Positions 36,675 to 49,613 of a stretch of DNA of 64,000 bases are shown in pieces. The translations under genes were made by a program, and so were the position numbers. The notes under the pieces were generated by a model. The model ran no database searches, was not told where the DNA came from, and saw nothing but the letters and a program-made list of their open reading frames with translations. This stretch comes from Botryllus schlosseri (lineage: Eukaryota): positions 24,924,001 to 24,988,000 of the forward strand of contig CM119378.1 of assembly GCA_051294905.1 (NCBI GenBank), in the 5' to 3' direction. Every line of letters begins with the position of its first letter. The stretch's first letter is position 1.

Positions 36675-36950
36675 GTAGCAAATATCCAAATGAGAGATTT
36701 GAAAGTTGAAGCTAGTTTCATATGAGCAGCAGTTGAGCATGGGTCGGCCGACCCCAAGGAACATACGAACGCAGTCGCTCGGGGCATTGCTTGTCTTCGC
36801 CCACGAGGCTGCTCAACGAGAATCTATATTTAATATTCCCGAGTCTCGACGCGGAGATTGGCGCTTCTGCGCGCACTGCAGCAACGCAACTGAGCTTGGA
36901 GGAGCTGGTTTGAGTCCCTGCGAGTGAGCGTTTTTTGTTCTTGGTAAGGG
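36675..36950 (+). pseudogene. Degenerate 28S (LSU) rRNA fragment
   Basis: gtagcaaatatccaaatgagagatttgaa, catatgagcagcagttgagcatgggtcggccgaccccaag, taatattcccga and gcaacgcaactgagcttggag are colinear with the conserved eukaryotic LSU text GTAGCAAATATTCAAATGAGAACTTTGAA...CATGTGAACAGCAGTTGAACATGGGTCAGTCGGTCCTAAG...TAATATTCCCGAA...GCAACGCAACCGAACTCGGAG (recalled). Confidence 0.85.
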
Positions 36951-38060
36951 GAGTACGTGGTGACCCGTCGGTCGTCGCAATAATCAGTACACACTACACA
37001 AGAAGTAGCTTTTTGTCTCAAAACAGCTGGCGACCCCTGCTCCAGTAGATAGCTGGGTTTGAAATGCATACCTCTTCCCCCCAAGAAATAACATACATAG
37101 GCTATTTTATGGGAACAGGCATTTCGGAGCCGGTCATTACCGCGCCACGATCCCACAACACACCAAAAGACATATGCAGTTTCGGCCAACACGCAACTCC
37201 ACGGGATGTGATACCAAAGAAATACCTTGGCCGAAACTTAGGGTATTCGTCCATTGTCAATAGCTGCGCTGGGTGGGCGTGACTAATAACTCCTGTCCTT
37301 CCAATCTGGGCCCACAATGCAAATGTCACCCGGCGCATCCACAAAGGAACAAAGCCATGACAATTTGTGTGTGCGTCTCACAAAAGGTATTCTTTTAGTC
37401 TGCTACGTTTGGGCTAGTACAATATCTTTTGATTATACAACGGCTGGAGGTCGCGAATTAACAACATACAGTAATTATAACAACCAACATACCAGATGCT
37501 ATGAATATGAATTACGTGCCCCAGCGTTACAGGTAAATCTGACACTCGGGGCTCGGAGAGGTTATAAATGAATAGTAATATAATGCAATTACCAATATTA
37601 TTGATGAAATTCAGTTTTGAAAATTGACCAACGGTTGGACAGGGGAATTGCTGTTTTGGCTGAATTGCTGATTTTAGCTACAACCCACGCTAACATGTCA
37701 GGCTATATAAGCGGATGGTTATGGCGGCAGGTCCAAATGCTAAGTAGCGAACTGTGAAATAACGATTGACGCCCGTTTCAAGTAGTTATATGAGAATAAG
37801 ATATAGTTAACATAAAAATTCTGCCTTCAACTTAATACATATACAGCGAGCTGCTGTTACGAGAAACGGCTAAGCACGGCTCGGTTATGATATATATCAG
37901 CAGCTGTATATTTGTAATGCTTCGTTGTGGAAACTGCAGTGTTTTATTCGACGAGTACAAAATTGCGAAACTTCGTCAGGTGCACGTGCGTACGTAGGCC
38001 TCCTGCTCGCCAAGCAGCAATGGTAAACTGCGTTTAACTAAGCACAACCAAACATCAATA

Positions 38061-41000
38061 CAGTGGTGGCTTTTGGGGTAGGCGAGGTAGGCGGTCGCCT
38101 AGGGCCCCCCCTGGTTGATGCCGTTGATTTACGCGCTTTCGAGGGGCCCCCCTCCTCAGTTTACGCGCTTTTTTCAACTATTTCTCCGGTTTACGCGCTT
38201 TTTTTCAAGTACTACCATTTTCCGAATAACCGCGGAATCCTTGTATCCATAAAGAATCTTGGTATTGTACCGTAAAGAGGGGTCAAACATCAATCCACAT
38301 TTTTTAGTTATCATTTTACGAATAACCACAAAAATCCATGCACCAATGTAGAATATGGTACCGTAAGCAATTGTCGATCATTAAATTCCTGCACTTGGTG
38401 CAAGAGCTCACTTCGATTTTATAATCTCTATCCATTTTGCCATTAGTTAAAGGGCCCCCCTCCTACATTTACGCGAATGTTATCATTTTGCAGATAACTG
38501 CGAAAATACATGTACCCATGCAGAATATAATACCGTAAACAGTAGTCAACCCGCTAAAAGAGCTTACTTTGATTTTATAGGGGGGCCCCTCTCCTACATT
38601 TATGCAAATTTTAGTTATCATTTTGCGAATAGCCGTGAAAATACATGTAGGCCTACTGCCTACATATGTAAAATATAGTACCGTAAGCAGTAGTCGATCA
38701 TTAAATTTCTGCACTAGTTGCAAGAGCTCACTTTGATTTTATGATCTCTATCCATTTTGACAGTAGCTAAAGGGCCCCCCCTCCTACATTTACGCGAATG
38801 TTATCATTTTGCAAATAACTGTGAAAATACATGTACCCCTGTAGAATATAATACCGTAAACAGTAGTCAATTATTAAATTTCTGCGCCCGCTAAAATGGA
38901 TTACTTTGATTTTATGAGTAGGGCCTTCCTTATTCATTTATGCGATTTTTGGTTATCATTTTACGAATAACCGTGAAAATATTACCCATGTAGCATTTGG
39001 TACAGTAAACAGCAGTCGATCATTGCATTTCTGCATCAGCTAAATAGCTTGCTTTGATTTTATGAGGCCCCCCCTACATTTATGCGAATTTTCGTTATCA
39101 TTTTGCGAATAACCGTGAAAATATATTTACCGATGTCGAATATGGTACCGTAAACAGTCTATCATTAACTTTCTGCACCCGCTAAAAGAGCTTACTTTGA
39201 ATTCATGAGGGCCCCCCTCCCACATTTATGCGAATTTTCGTAATCATTTTGCGAATAACCGTGAAAATACATGCAGGCCTACCGATGTAGAATATGGTAC
39301 TATAAACGGTGTTCGATAATTGAATTTCCGTGCTTGTTAAAAGAGCTTACTTCTATTTAATGTCAATGAGGTCATATTATAACATGCAATGAATTATTAT
39401 TTAATATATACTTCCTAGTGGCAGCAGTGTATATTTCAGTGCATCAAAATTTTCCAGTATATGTTTGTGTGAGATTCTACTTGCTAGCTCTTGATGCCAA
39501 CTTTCATATGGTATGTTAATTTCTAATGAAGCGAGGCCACACTGAGCCTGAATATCTAAAATATCAAAGGAAATAGTCATTTGAAAAGCCAATGAAAGCA
39601 TGTAGGCTATTATAGCCTATATATTGTTGTTTACTGAGCCATTCTCATGACTCAACATATTTGTTGTGAATTAGGCCTTTTCTGAATGGAAATCCATTCT
39701 CAGGGTTGTCATGATTTGTTCATTTCTTGTCTGGCAGCTTCCTAAATACTCAAAGGTTATGTATTATGGTGTTTTAAGCTGTTTGCAGGAATCTTAAATT
39801 GCAACTTTTCTTCATTTTTTCAAGCAATTTTTTGCAGCTTTTCGATTTTTCATGCAACTCACTTTTTACTGGAAATATTTGGTACTATATGTAAATAGAT
39901 CGCTTGATTATTTCACTGTGGTTTGAATTTGAGGTCATTTCAGATTTGACGTACATTCAGGCTAGACCGCCATAAATTATATTACCACTGGGTCAATTCT
40001 TTCAGGCAATTGATTTTGTCGAAGGCGCTAACACTGAGTTTTGCGACAGTGCCTTGGATACGCATCGATTCGAGTATCTCATACCTTAATAATTTCAAGG
40101 AACTTATCCATAAATGTACCTTTTTAGTGTAACGTGAAAAATAAATGCAACTTTCCACGGATTTGACTGCAACCAAGATTTGCCCTAAGATCAGGTGTTG
40201 CATAAGACAATTTTGACCATTACATTCTTCAAATGGGCTACCAGTTCAATATAAATATGACCCGGTAAACAGCATATTAAGTAAGGCGCACTCGTCAGTT
40301 GACAACCGTACACTTCTACGATGAGTTTGGTCACTCATTTAAAAGTTATGATGTAATTTGTTGCATCAGTATCTCCTAATTACCGTACTCTAGCCAAGTA
40401 TCTGCTACAATGCGGCGAGTACATGCTAAATGTAAGTCAGAATCTCAGAAAAGGAAGTGGTTCAGATTCAGAAAGAAATGACAATGCAAATTTTGAACTG
40501 CTACACAAATATTTTAACAATCAATGTCAGCTCAGGAATGTTCTGCACAAATTGAGGATGATGCTGTTTTCCCAACAACTATAATGCCTTATGACTTGAA
40601 TGATGTAACAGTGCTTTCAAATACGTATATGGTATTTGATTGTAGTGGTCTTTTGTCTATGCTATTTGTGGCTTTTTAGGTTTAATCCAACCAGGCAAGT
40701 TCTTACAGACGAAAAGATTTTCTCCATATCTTACAAATTTCTCATTAGTGCGTGTTGTTTCGTGTGTGTAACAGTTTATTTACAAATTGCGCTGCTACTA
40801 TGGTACCGTATGTCCGTATAGTATACTTCAAAGTTTTGTGTTGTTGCCATTGTTACAATGCGAATGTCATGGTTTGTGATTTTGATTGTTGCATCATACT
40901 TTGCCTTTTTGGTTTTGCTTTTAAATCTGTTTAAATCCCTTTGGTGTGCCGTTAACTCTTGAAAAGTGGCACCTGAAAATTCTTCGAGTGCAAGAAATAT

Positions 41001-41628
41001 TATATTACAATGGATGTTGTATTGAAAGCTGTATTCTTACGGATCGTGGAACTAGCTCTTCACAGGTTATACCAGTGCCGATGTGTTTCTGTGGTATTAC
41101 TGGTGTTGTACCACGTTGCCGCACATTTTGCTCTATGCCTAATCATGCAACAAAATCTTCTTGGTAGAAAAAAGATAGGCCCAATCCAGCACCTGGCTGA
41201 AACCTTGACGCGGTGTGCTGGCTAGTTATTACTAATGTCAGCCGACAGCTTTCTGGATTTATTTTTATATGGTCTATTTGGCGTGCAGTTGCCTTGGTAT
41301 ACTATTATGTCATGCTACATCCCATAATTCTTCTAAATAGGTGGGTCTCGACACGCACTATAGTTCACTTGAGTCACTTGTTTTCAAATATGACAAGTAG
41401 TACTTTGGCATGTCATTATAATTATTTAATATGGTTACAGTTTTATCATGATGTACAGACAATGTACTACCGGAACAGTGCATACGAAGTGTACAACAAT
41501 AAAAGCTTCGTTGAGCGTTAGTAAGGGGGGTCTGGAGGGCGGAGCCCCCCAGAAGTTGTGATAATGTAGATAAGGGGGGCCCCCCCAGAAGTTTCGCCTA
41601 GGGCCCCCTAATCGTAAGGCCACCACTG
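38061..41628 (-). mobile_element. 3.6-kb hAT transposon with decayed transposase (minus strand)
   Basis: TIR cagtggtggc at both ends; exact TSD catcaata. Minus-strand 39401-39600 GLASLEIN...ELASRISHKHILENFDALK resembles the hAT C-terminus. Confidence 0.9.
38290..39340 (+). repeat. Tandem array of about 7 imperfect 130-190-bp units inside the hAT element
   Basis: Recurring ggcccccctcctacatttatgcgaat...atcattttgcgaataaccgtgaaaatac at about 38452, 38582, 38771, 38921, 39066 and 39209. Confidence 0.9.
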
Positions 41629-43087
41629 CATCAATACATAAGTTACTATTTGAAACTATAGGCAGAGTGGTGATCAATATCCTGCTGCGAGGTAGCGGTT
41701 TCTGTAGTGTATTGATAACCTGATATACACCACGGGAGGTGTTCTTACAATCACACTACAATGTCCATCGCATGTCTGTTTACTATGTGTGGATACTTCT
41801 TACGCAATGACGAGCGAAGCTAATACTTCTGACGTAATAATGAGTCAGTTGCGTTTGAAAACAGACGTTTGTGCTGTCGCTAACGTGGTATATTATATCA
41901 TTCTTGTTCACGAATATTCAGTTTATGTCATAGTCCTTGTACAAACAAAAAGTAATCGTTCTTTCACAAAAAATCGATTAGATATGCGAAGTAGTCGATT
42001 ACGATTACGATTAGTTCGGATTTTTTTCGAATGTAATCGATTGCGATTACGATTACTTCAAAATGCTGTAATCGTCGTAATCGATTGCGATTACTAATCG
42101 CGATTACCCCATGTCTGATCACTACGTGCAATTCCCGATCATATTGACCGATTCAGTCATGAAACTAAAGAAATTTCTCGTGCTTCGCGCGTTTATAGGC
42201 GAGAAAAGCTGATTCACTCAACGGACAACCAATGCAGCAGACAAGTAGCGGTAAACAGTGTACAGTTTTGAAATCTCGCCAGGGCAATAAAAGAACTCCG
42301 AAATAGCTATGATGACTGTTTGGGTCCGTTTCATAGCCGTAGTATTCGTGAGGCCCCGGCCGTACTCTGAAATTCTATATTTGGCCCTCACACCAAAAAA
42401 GTTTGGGAACCACTGGTCATGATACTTGGAAAATTGGGCCAGAAACTATTAGGACCGAGGAAAATTACTATATTATGGTTGTGAGCCATTTTATATCACT
42501 CGAGCAGAGTTGCAAAAGTGGGTTAAAACGGATTGAGCTGAAAACTGAACAGTGAACACAATGACTTGGACTCATACTTGAGTCAAAACACTATAACTCG
42601 TACTCGACCCTCTACTAGCTGACTTGGACTCGGACTTGACTCGGTGCTGAATTGAAAATGACTGGACTTGACTCGAGTCAAAACTATAAAAGTGAGACTT
42701 GGGACTCGGAACCTTGTGAAATACCAATGGCTATTACGACAATGCCGAAATTTACTTTGTAACGTACAGTATGATCATCAGTACGACAATTAATGGCTCT
42801 GGTGCATAGAAATCAATAGGACGGGGATTTCTCCTCTTACGAAAACTACGCGTGAACCAGGAATGGAATGATAGTATACATATAGATCGATATCTGTGTT
42901 TCGCGCGGCGTTGAATTTCAGGTAGCACTATTTGACTGCTTCGATTGGATATAGAGAGAAATCGTTCCAAAGGACCAATATATGTTGCTATGGTCTTGCT
43001 AGACGGATGTTCATGAGTTCATAACTACATAACTGTTATTACTGCACATGCACACATAGTCGCCAGCTTCCCACATAAGCCGTAGTG

Positions 43088-44633
43088 CAGGGGTGGGCAA
43101 CATACGGCCCGCGGGCCGGATCCGGCCCGCGGACAGTTTTTCGTCTTACATGATAATGTGGCCCGCCGGCCCTAGTCTTCCGAGATTCCCCACTACTTGC
43201 TCACATACATTATAGTGATTGTATGTTTTTATACATATGTATGTACAGCGAGCGAGGGTGGAGTTTACGCGTAAGTTCGTCGAAGCGAGAAGACTTGCAT
43301 TATCGGCATTTACGATGTACTGAACCCTAATATCATTTGTGGTAATAATGGTGTTTGTCGACGACAATGGTCATATACACCAGGCCGTTATTTCTTATTT
43401 TTGATTCCGTAACCGCCGACTTGTAGCACGGCGCACACTTCTAGGCTTTTGTAAGACACCGATTATGCCAGGTGTCGCCAACTGAAAACGGGTCGCGGGC
43501 CAATTTCAAATTTCAAGGCCGCGGCCCGCATGAATTCAATATCGAGATAGACAGGCCGCACAGTTTAACAACCACGCTATCTCGTCACCTACTTAACCCT
43601 AATGCATTGATATCTTGGTAAATTTGGGGTACCGGGCTTATTGAACGCCTTGAAATCTTAATGAAAGATTGCACCGTGTGTTGATTGATCAGAGAGAAGC
43701 AGACATGGTGGTACCTGTATGACAGGGGTGGTCAACCTGCGGCCGTAGAAGCAAATTTGTGCGGCCGTGGACACGTAATTCAATTAGTAGGTGTTGGCGG
43801 CCGCCGACGTATAATTTGAATTTACGAATTGACTCCCGATTTCTTGAAAGATTTTAATTATTCGTGAAAGTTTCTTCGCGCAGCGCGCGATTCCATGCGA
43901 CTTTATTTTTCGATTTTAATATAGTTGCGCACTTTGCAATCAGAGCCCCACAGTACAGTTGCGAACAGATGCGCCACATATAGAAATACCAACTCGGAAT
44001 CGTATTTACTTCACTATATCGACAATCCTGATGGGAGGTCAAGACATGCAAAGAACAGCATGCAACAAAGTGACTAATAATAATTGGCCTGCCCTGACCG
44101 ACCCTCCACCTACTCTACCGGTGAATCTGATCACATGGGATGAAAAATAATATGTAGAACTACTAATTTTAATGACGAAATTCATGAATGAATCTGAAAA
44201 AATTTTGCGCTTGTCACGACTATGAACAGCCTACATTATTTAATAGATTAGTACGGAGTTCGCCGGAAATGGACAATGGACATAGACACTTTAACATGAG
44301 TATTTGGCGTCCTGCTATTTCATTACGACTATTCCCTGGAATGCGGCCGTATAGGCTACATGAGTAGTCGAAATGCGGCCGTGACTGGCAAAAAGATTGG
44401 TCACCCCTGCTGTATGACAGTGCTGTTCTCAAATCGACATTGTCTTCGTCATTATTGGCGAGAAATGGCTTTGAAGTTGCATCGCTGTCGTTAAAATACA
44501 TTCATTAAATACGATTTATTCCTTGAATACGTGGATAAATGGGCGAATAATGTATTGATTCAGCAATCTGGCCCGCCAGGTACTTAATTTTCCTATATAT
44601 GGCCCGCCGACTTGGAGAAGTTGCCCGCCCCTG
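43088..44633 (+). mobile_element. Buster-type hAT MITE (ggcccgcgggcc subterminal motifs) with nested MITE 43733-44409
   Basis: Outer TSD ccgtagtg exact; inner TSD ctgtatga exact; CAGGGGTG termini on both. Confidence 0.95.
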
Positions 44634-45054
44634 CCGTAGTGGGTTAGGGCGAAGGTGCTGAACATTTATTTAGCAATCAGCACGTCAAATTGAGAGCTGG
44701 ATTGCGAAACCTTTTCAAATCTTAATTTGGAGTCGCAACCATGTGAAGGTTTGGAAACCCCATTTTAAAGGGATGTACTCAAAATGAAAATACGCATGAG
44801 GTACAAATGACATCAACGACGAAGTATTATAGCGATGAAGAAACGCAGGGAAATATGAAATCTCCCCAACACGAGGTGAAAGGGTTAACTTAAATCTTCA
44901 TCGTTATACATACATAGCACAGTAGATCCACCACAATGCATACGCAACGTGCTGCGACAATACCTCGACCACCGATATCCAATGATTTTCCACTCGTAGC
45001 CTACCCGTGACTAAACATGTCATTGGCTTCGTGTATTCTCTGCAATCTACTCAC

Positions 45055-45174
45055 CAACTTGGTCCCACTTTTCTTCGTCTGTTCTAACTGATTCGTTAGG
45101 TCGTAAACCTTCGCTTTATACTCTTGAACTTCTTTTTCTTTGGTGTCCAATTGCTCCTGTAAGTCACGCTTTTC
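45055..45174 (-). CDS. Coiled-coil exon: EKRDLQEQLDTKEKEVQEYKAKVYDLTNQLEQTKKSGTKL (probably exon 2 of the EF-hand gene)
   Basis: tttttcaaaag| ... |gtgagt; 120 nt, phase 0-0; heptad pattern. Confidence 0.82.
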
Positions 45175-45250
45175 CTTTTGAAAAACGAGTCGTTGATTAG
45201 TGACAGATCCGCTACTATGTCGTTTAGAATTTTGTATCAATGTTTCTCAC

Positions 45251-45370
45251 TTGAATATATTTTATGAGGACCGCTTTCTGTTTTTCTTCTGATAGATTCG
45301 AGATCGACGATTCTGAATATGCCTCGTCGATGACTTGTTCGTCATCCGGCGATACGCATGATTCATTCAT
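45251..45370 (-). CDS. First coding exon: MNESCVSPDDEQVIDEAYSESSISNLSEEKQKAVLIKYIQ
   Basis: ATG is the first after an in-frame TGA; donor |gtgaga; 76-nt intron to the next exon, in phase. Confidence 0.8.
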
Positions 45371-48334
45371 AGTCAGCAATATTAACTCTAACGCAATGGG
45401 TTCTCAGTCTGAAGTCAGGCATCGATTCACTCAATCATTCACTTATTTTGAGTTGAAAAAAAAATGTTTCGACTCTCTGCTGTCAAAATACCGCTAAATC
45501 GCATTTCCAACTTGGCTCTTTGGATTTAATTTATAAATTTTCCACGATAGCTTACTGCATGTATTTTTGTTATTTAGCCGAATTCGAAAGGGAGGGTATT
45601 GTAGACTGAGCATTTTGAGTTAATGCAATTCTTTAAAGATAAGTGCAACGGCTAAGCGGTCAGAGTTTCTATCCTAGTTTTGTTCGACTTGTTACTGTAT
45701 TGAGTACAATGACTGTCAAGGTTAACGGCTTCTAGCAAACTGACCCTGGCCAGGGTGGATATAGGCTCTGATTATTTTGAGCCGCGCGACTATACCTTGC
45801 TCATGTCGACTAATTGTACTTTGATTATGTAGGTTATTGATTTCCACGGGTAGCTAATAAAGATTTTTTCTATCTCTGAGTCTCTCCCTCATCGCATCTA
45901 AGCTCATCTCTTTGTATTGACAGCCACAAGGACTCTGATCTGAATAGGCCTACCTGATTTCTCGTAGGACTTGCACAATCTGATTCTGTCAGCGTTAGAC
46001 GTGTTTGTGGCGAAATGGCGCTTGGAAGTTTTGCCTGTCAGCACTCAGCAGTTGTTTAATTTAACAGGCCAATATTAAAGCTGATACGAATTGAAAAAAA
46101 CTGTGAAATAATAGTAACTATAGCAAAGAGAGAGAAAAAATACTTTAATCATCATATCCCAAAAACAAACAATAAAATAGCAAAACTTCAGATAGATACA
46201 GACAAATATAGAAAAGTTGGTTAGAGTATGTCGTTCAACAATCAAAGATACATTTACAGATGTATCACGTAGAATGTATATGTTTTTAATCACGAGATGA
46301 AGCTGCAGCGAAGTGGTCTGTTGATCATCGAGACTACTGCAACTGATAGGAGTAGATTTGTTATTAATTGTATACATCGCACTTTAATACTGAAAAGTGA
46401 GACTGGCAGTGTAGATGTAAGATTACATGTCACGACAAATAAAAAATTATTTAAATTACCAATTATCTAAATTCGTTTAGTTTTGTAACTGCTATCTTTT
46501 TGCAGTTTTTTAAATTAATGTCTGTCCGGAACACCAATTTCACCGCAGACTTCTCCACGAAGTGTGTTCTAGACTCAGCTTGATTTTACCCTATTTAATG
46601 TGATAGCTTACTCCACGTTATTGTCCGCTTTGTAGCTGATGTTATATCTAATAGTAGGTTCATGTAAATGTCATTTCTGAATTTGGTTGCATTATATAGT
46701 CCAGGACTCACAAGATCTTAACAGATTAAAAGGGTCATTCCAGATTTTTAATAACAATATTATTGCATTGCATTAATCTGAAATCTGATCAGAAATTGCC
46801 TTTTCAGCATTCATCTAAATATGTAGTTTCAAGCAAGGCACAACAACTACCATATAGCTCAACTGATCTGATCACTTCTAACGGTAAATTACGTCTCTGT
46901 CTAATCTCGAGAGTGATTGATTGTTTACACGTAACATTATATGCTCCCTACTACAGCAATATCATAAATACGCTGATTCTGTGACAAAGTTCCATTCCTT
47001 GACTGGTGAATCACTATCTGTTCTGCGCAGTCATTACGACTGACCTAATTGGTAAACACTTTGCGCAAAATCACTGCTCGTGACACCCTTTCAGACTGTT
47101 TGACGCAATTCCCTCCACAGTCTCCGCGTTGGGCAGCTATCACGTTACGATTAGATAAAATATCTCAACACCTTAGAAACGAATGTTTCTTTTCATTGTT
47201 GCAACGTGTTCTGGTGGTTATTGTTCGGTTCAAAAATGCGAGGCTTTGATATGAAGTGCCGGTTGTTTCGCGAGTAATCGATACCCTGAAACGCACAGTA
47301 GTTAACTTATTGCGTGGCACTTTGTGGTCGATGGGGTAGAGTTCACAGACCCTAGGTGTCAAATAAGTTTTATTATTGCGAATTCACAGCAGATGGGGTT
47401 TCTTTGCGCTGTAAGTCATGTAGGCATATACCAAAGAACCTCAGTAGCTTATTCAGTACAAATCGTTTTGAATCCATAAGCAGTGTTTTACAATAGCACA
47501 AATTGAAAGTGGGCAGTTAAGGAATCCTAATCAAGAATATCGGCCTGGAGAGAACAATGAAGTCGAAAATCCGTGTATACGAAAACCAACAACAACTTAC
47601 TACAGTGTAACGTCGATTCTGCACCGATCACTTACTTTCTTAGGTGATAGTTACTGACCCGCCCCTATCTCGAATAGTCAACTGCAGGAGAATAATCTAT
47701 TATTTCGTGGTGGCATATCCTGTGCTGGCTATGCAGACTTCGACAACTAAATCATTCTACAAGAGTCAGTGGTTCTGAATCTTTGGGACCTCGCGGACCG
47801 GTGAAACTTCAAAAATTAAAATTAACCCTAAATTTCATTACGACAGATATATGCAACTCAACTGTAATATCGGGAACTTCATTGACAATATATAGGCTAC
47901 TTATACACGGTTCTTTTTCAGTTTCTGCAATGCGATGCTAGCGAAGTCCTGTTAAGATCACTTACTTGATTGTGATCGTTTGGTATCGCATTTGAAAGAA
48001 ATGTGCATTTGCTCTTTGCTATTGCCTCTATTATAATCAGGGTTGTCATCGACATGGACCCAAAAATAAGGACAGTCGAAAAATTCGATTAGCATTAAAA
48101 AGAGTTTTCGTACATACTTTGTATTAATACTAGCCATGGCATATCACAATTCACAATCCATACTTTTTGCCAGAAACAATCTGTTCCAAGAACTCCATAC
48201 TAGAAAGATGCCTCATGGACCATACGACAGCTCTGGTATAGGTTTACTTGAAGCTGGGCTTTGACTGTCACTTCACTAAGTCGATTCCTTTCTTTGGTCC
48301 ACTGCGCCGAAACAAGAGAGAACACTCTTTTCAC

Positions 48335-49613
48335 TAGAGCCCGACCGATATTGGATTTTTGAGCCGATACCGATAAGACCGATATCCAGTACCTCCACCG
48401 ATAACCCCGATATATTCAGCCGATATTCAAAAGGTATGGAATCTAGCTCATGGCCCAATTTTAACAACTCAAGAGCATTTATTTTAACAGCTTTACAGCC
48501 ATTGATATGCTTGAACATGAAATAAATGATCTAGGGGCTATAAAAATATATCAAAAGCACCAATCCAGCAGTTGCAGATTACAGTTCACGAAGCACAATT
48601 TCTCGGCTCTTTCTCCAAGGAATGAACTTCTGTGGTCTTCCATAAATGATGTATATAGTACTAAACATAGTGAGCAGTCTTTCACTTGGTACCATAGTTA
48701 GTGGCACAGCAAGAATTGGAAATCTTTCTTCATTTCGGTTCCACCGCTCCCTTGCAGGGGATCTTTCCTTCAATGGTTTCACCAAATATTGATATTAATA
48801 TTGATATTCTTCTGGCAGTGCACCTGGAGCCTTCAGCACATCATTAACGAATAGCTGAAGAGAATGTGCAAAACAACTGAAATTGTCCACGTCTGCAACT
48901 GTTCCATCAATCCCCGTTGGGCCTTGACCATGACCAGCATTCAAACAATCAATTGATCAATATTTTACGCTCTTTTGTCAGAATTGGCCTATGTCATCAT
49001 GGAATTAAAAATTTTCGTATCAATTATTGGCTTTAATCCACGTTTGCTTGATTTTCTTGCCCTCTATGCTCGCATATTTCCTATCATGGTGGCCCCGAAG
49101 GCCTCCGTCAGACGACTTCATATATAACTGGTAGCTCTGTTGGTACCGAACCAATAGCACTATCTTCCGAGAAATGTTTTGACGCGACGCTTTTCTCTAT
49201 CCTCACGAGGGTCAGTCCAGCATGATTGATGTTCTTATTTCTCTTACTGATTGAAATCTTCTGCAGACATCTATCCAATCCACCCAGCTGATCTCTGTCT
49301 TTGGTGATCGATTACTGCAGGGGGATTCCCACAAAGTCAGTGGGGCATAACGGTGGTTAGTATTCCATAATATTTTTCAGATGGGCACGCCTACTGCCTG
49401 TATGGAGTATGCACTATGTGCAACTTGGCCATTTATTTTTTATAATTTACCGTCCTCACGTCTTCTATCGACTTCTCTGACTCCCTGCCACCATGTTGTG
49501 ACGTCACGAAAATGGCCGATATTTTTTTACCTTCAACGGCCGATACCGACATTTCTCTCCAAGCGTGATATCGACTCGATATTATCGGCCAGCCGATAAT
49601 CGGTCGGGCTCTA
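48335..49613 (-). mobile_element. Internally deleted Ac-type hAT transposon with transposase remnants
   Basis: TIR tagagcccgaccgat / atcggtcgggctcta; exact TSD cttttcac; subterminal ccgata repeats. Minus-strand SCFAHSLQLFVNDVL (CxxH motif) and RNEERFPILA...VPSERL (dimerisation domain). Confidence 0.93.

Larger units (their letters stand above)
36173..37039 (-). mobile_element. Buster-type hAT MITE carrying a 28S rRNA fragment
   Basis: caggggtc / gacccctg termini; TSD ctctagta / ctccagta. Ends are homologous to the 62417-63450 element. Confidence 0.85.

Noticed and set aside
37050-37600. GC-richer stretch with several 70-120-aa ORFs
   Set aside because: It aligns to the interior of the CAGGGCCGTAAC MITE family (60870-60930, 31540-31640), so it is a non-coding repeat.
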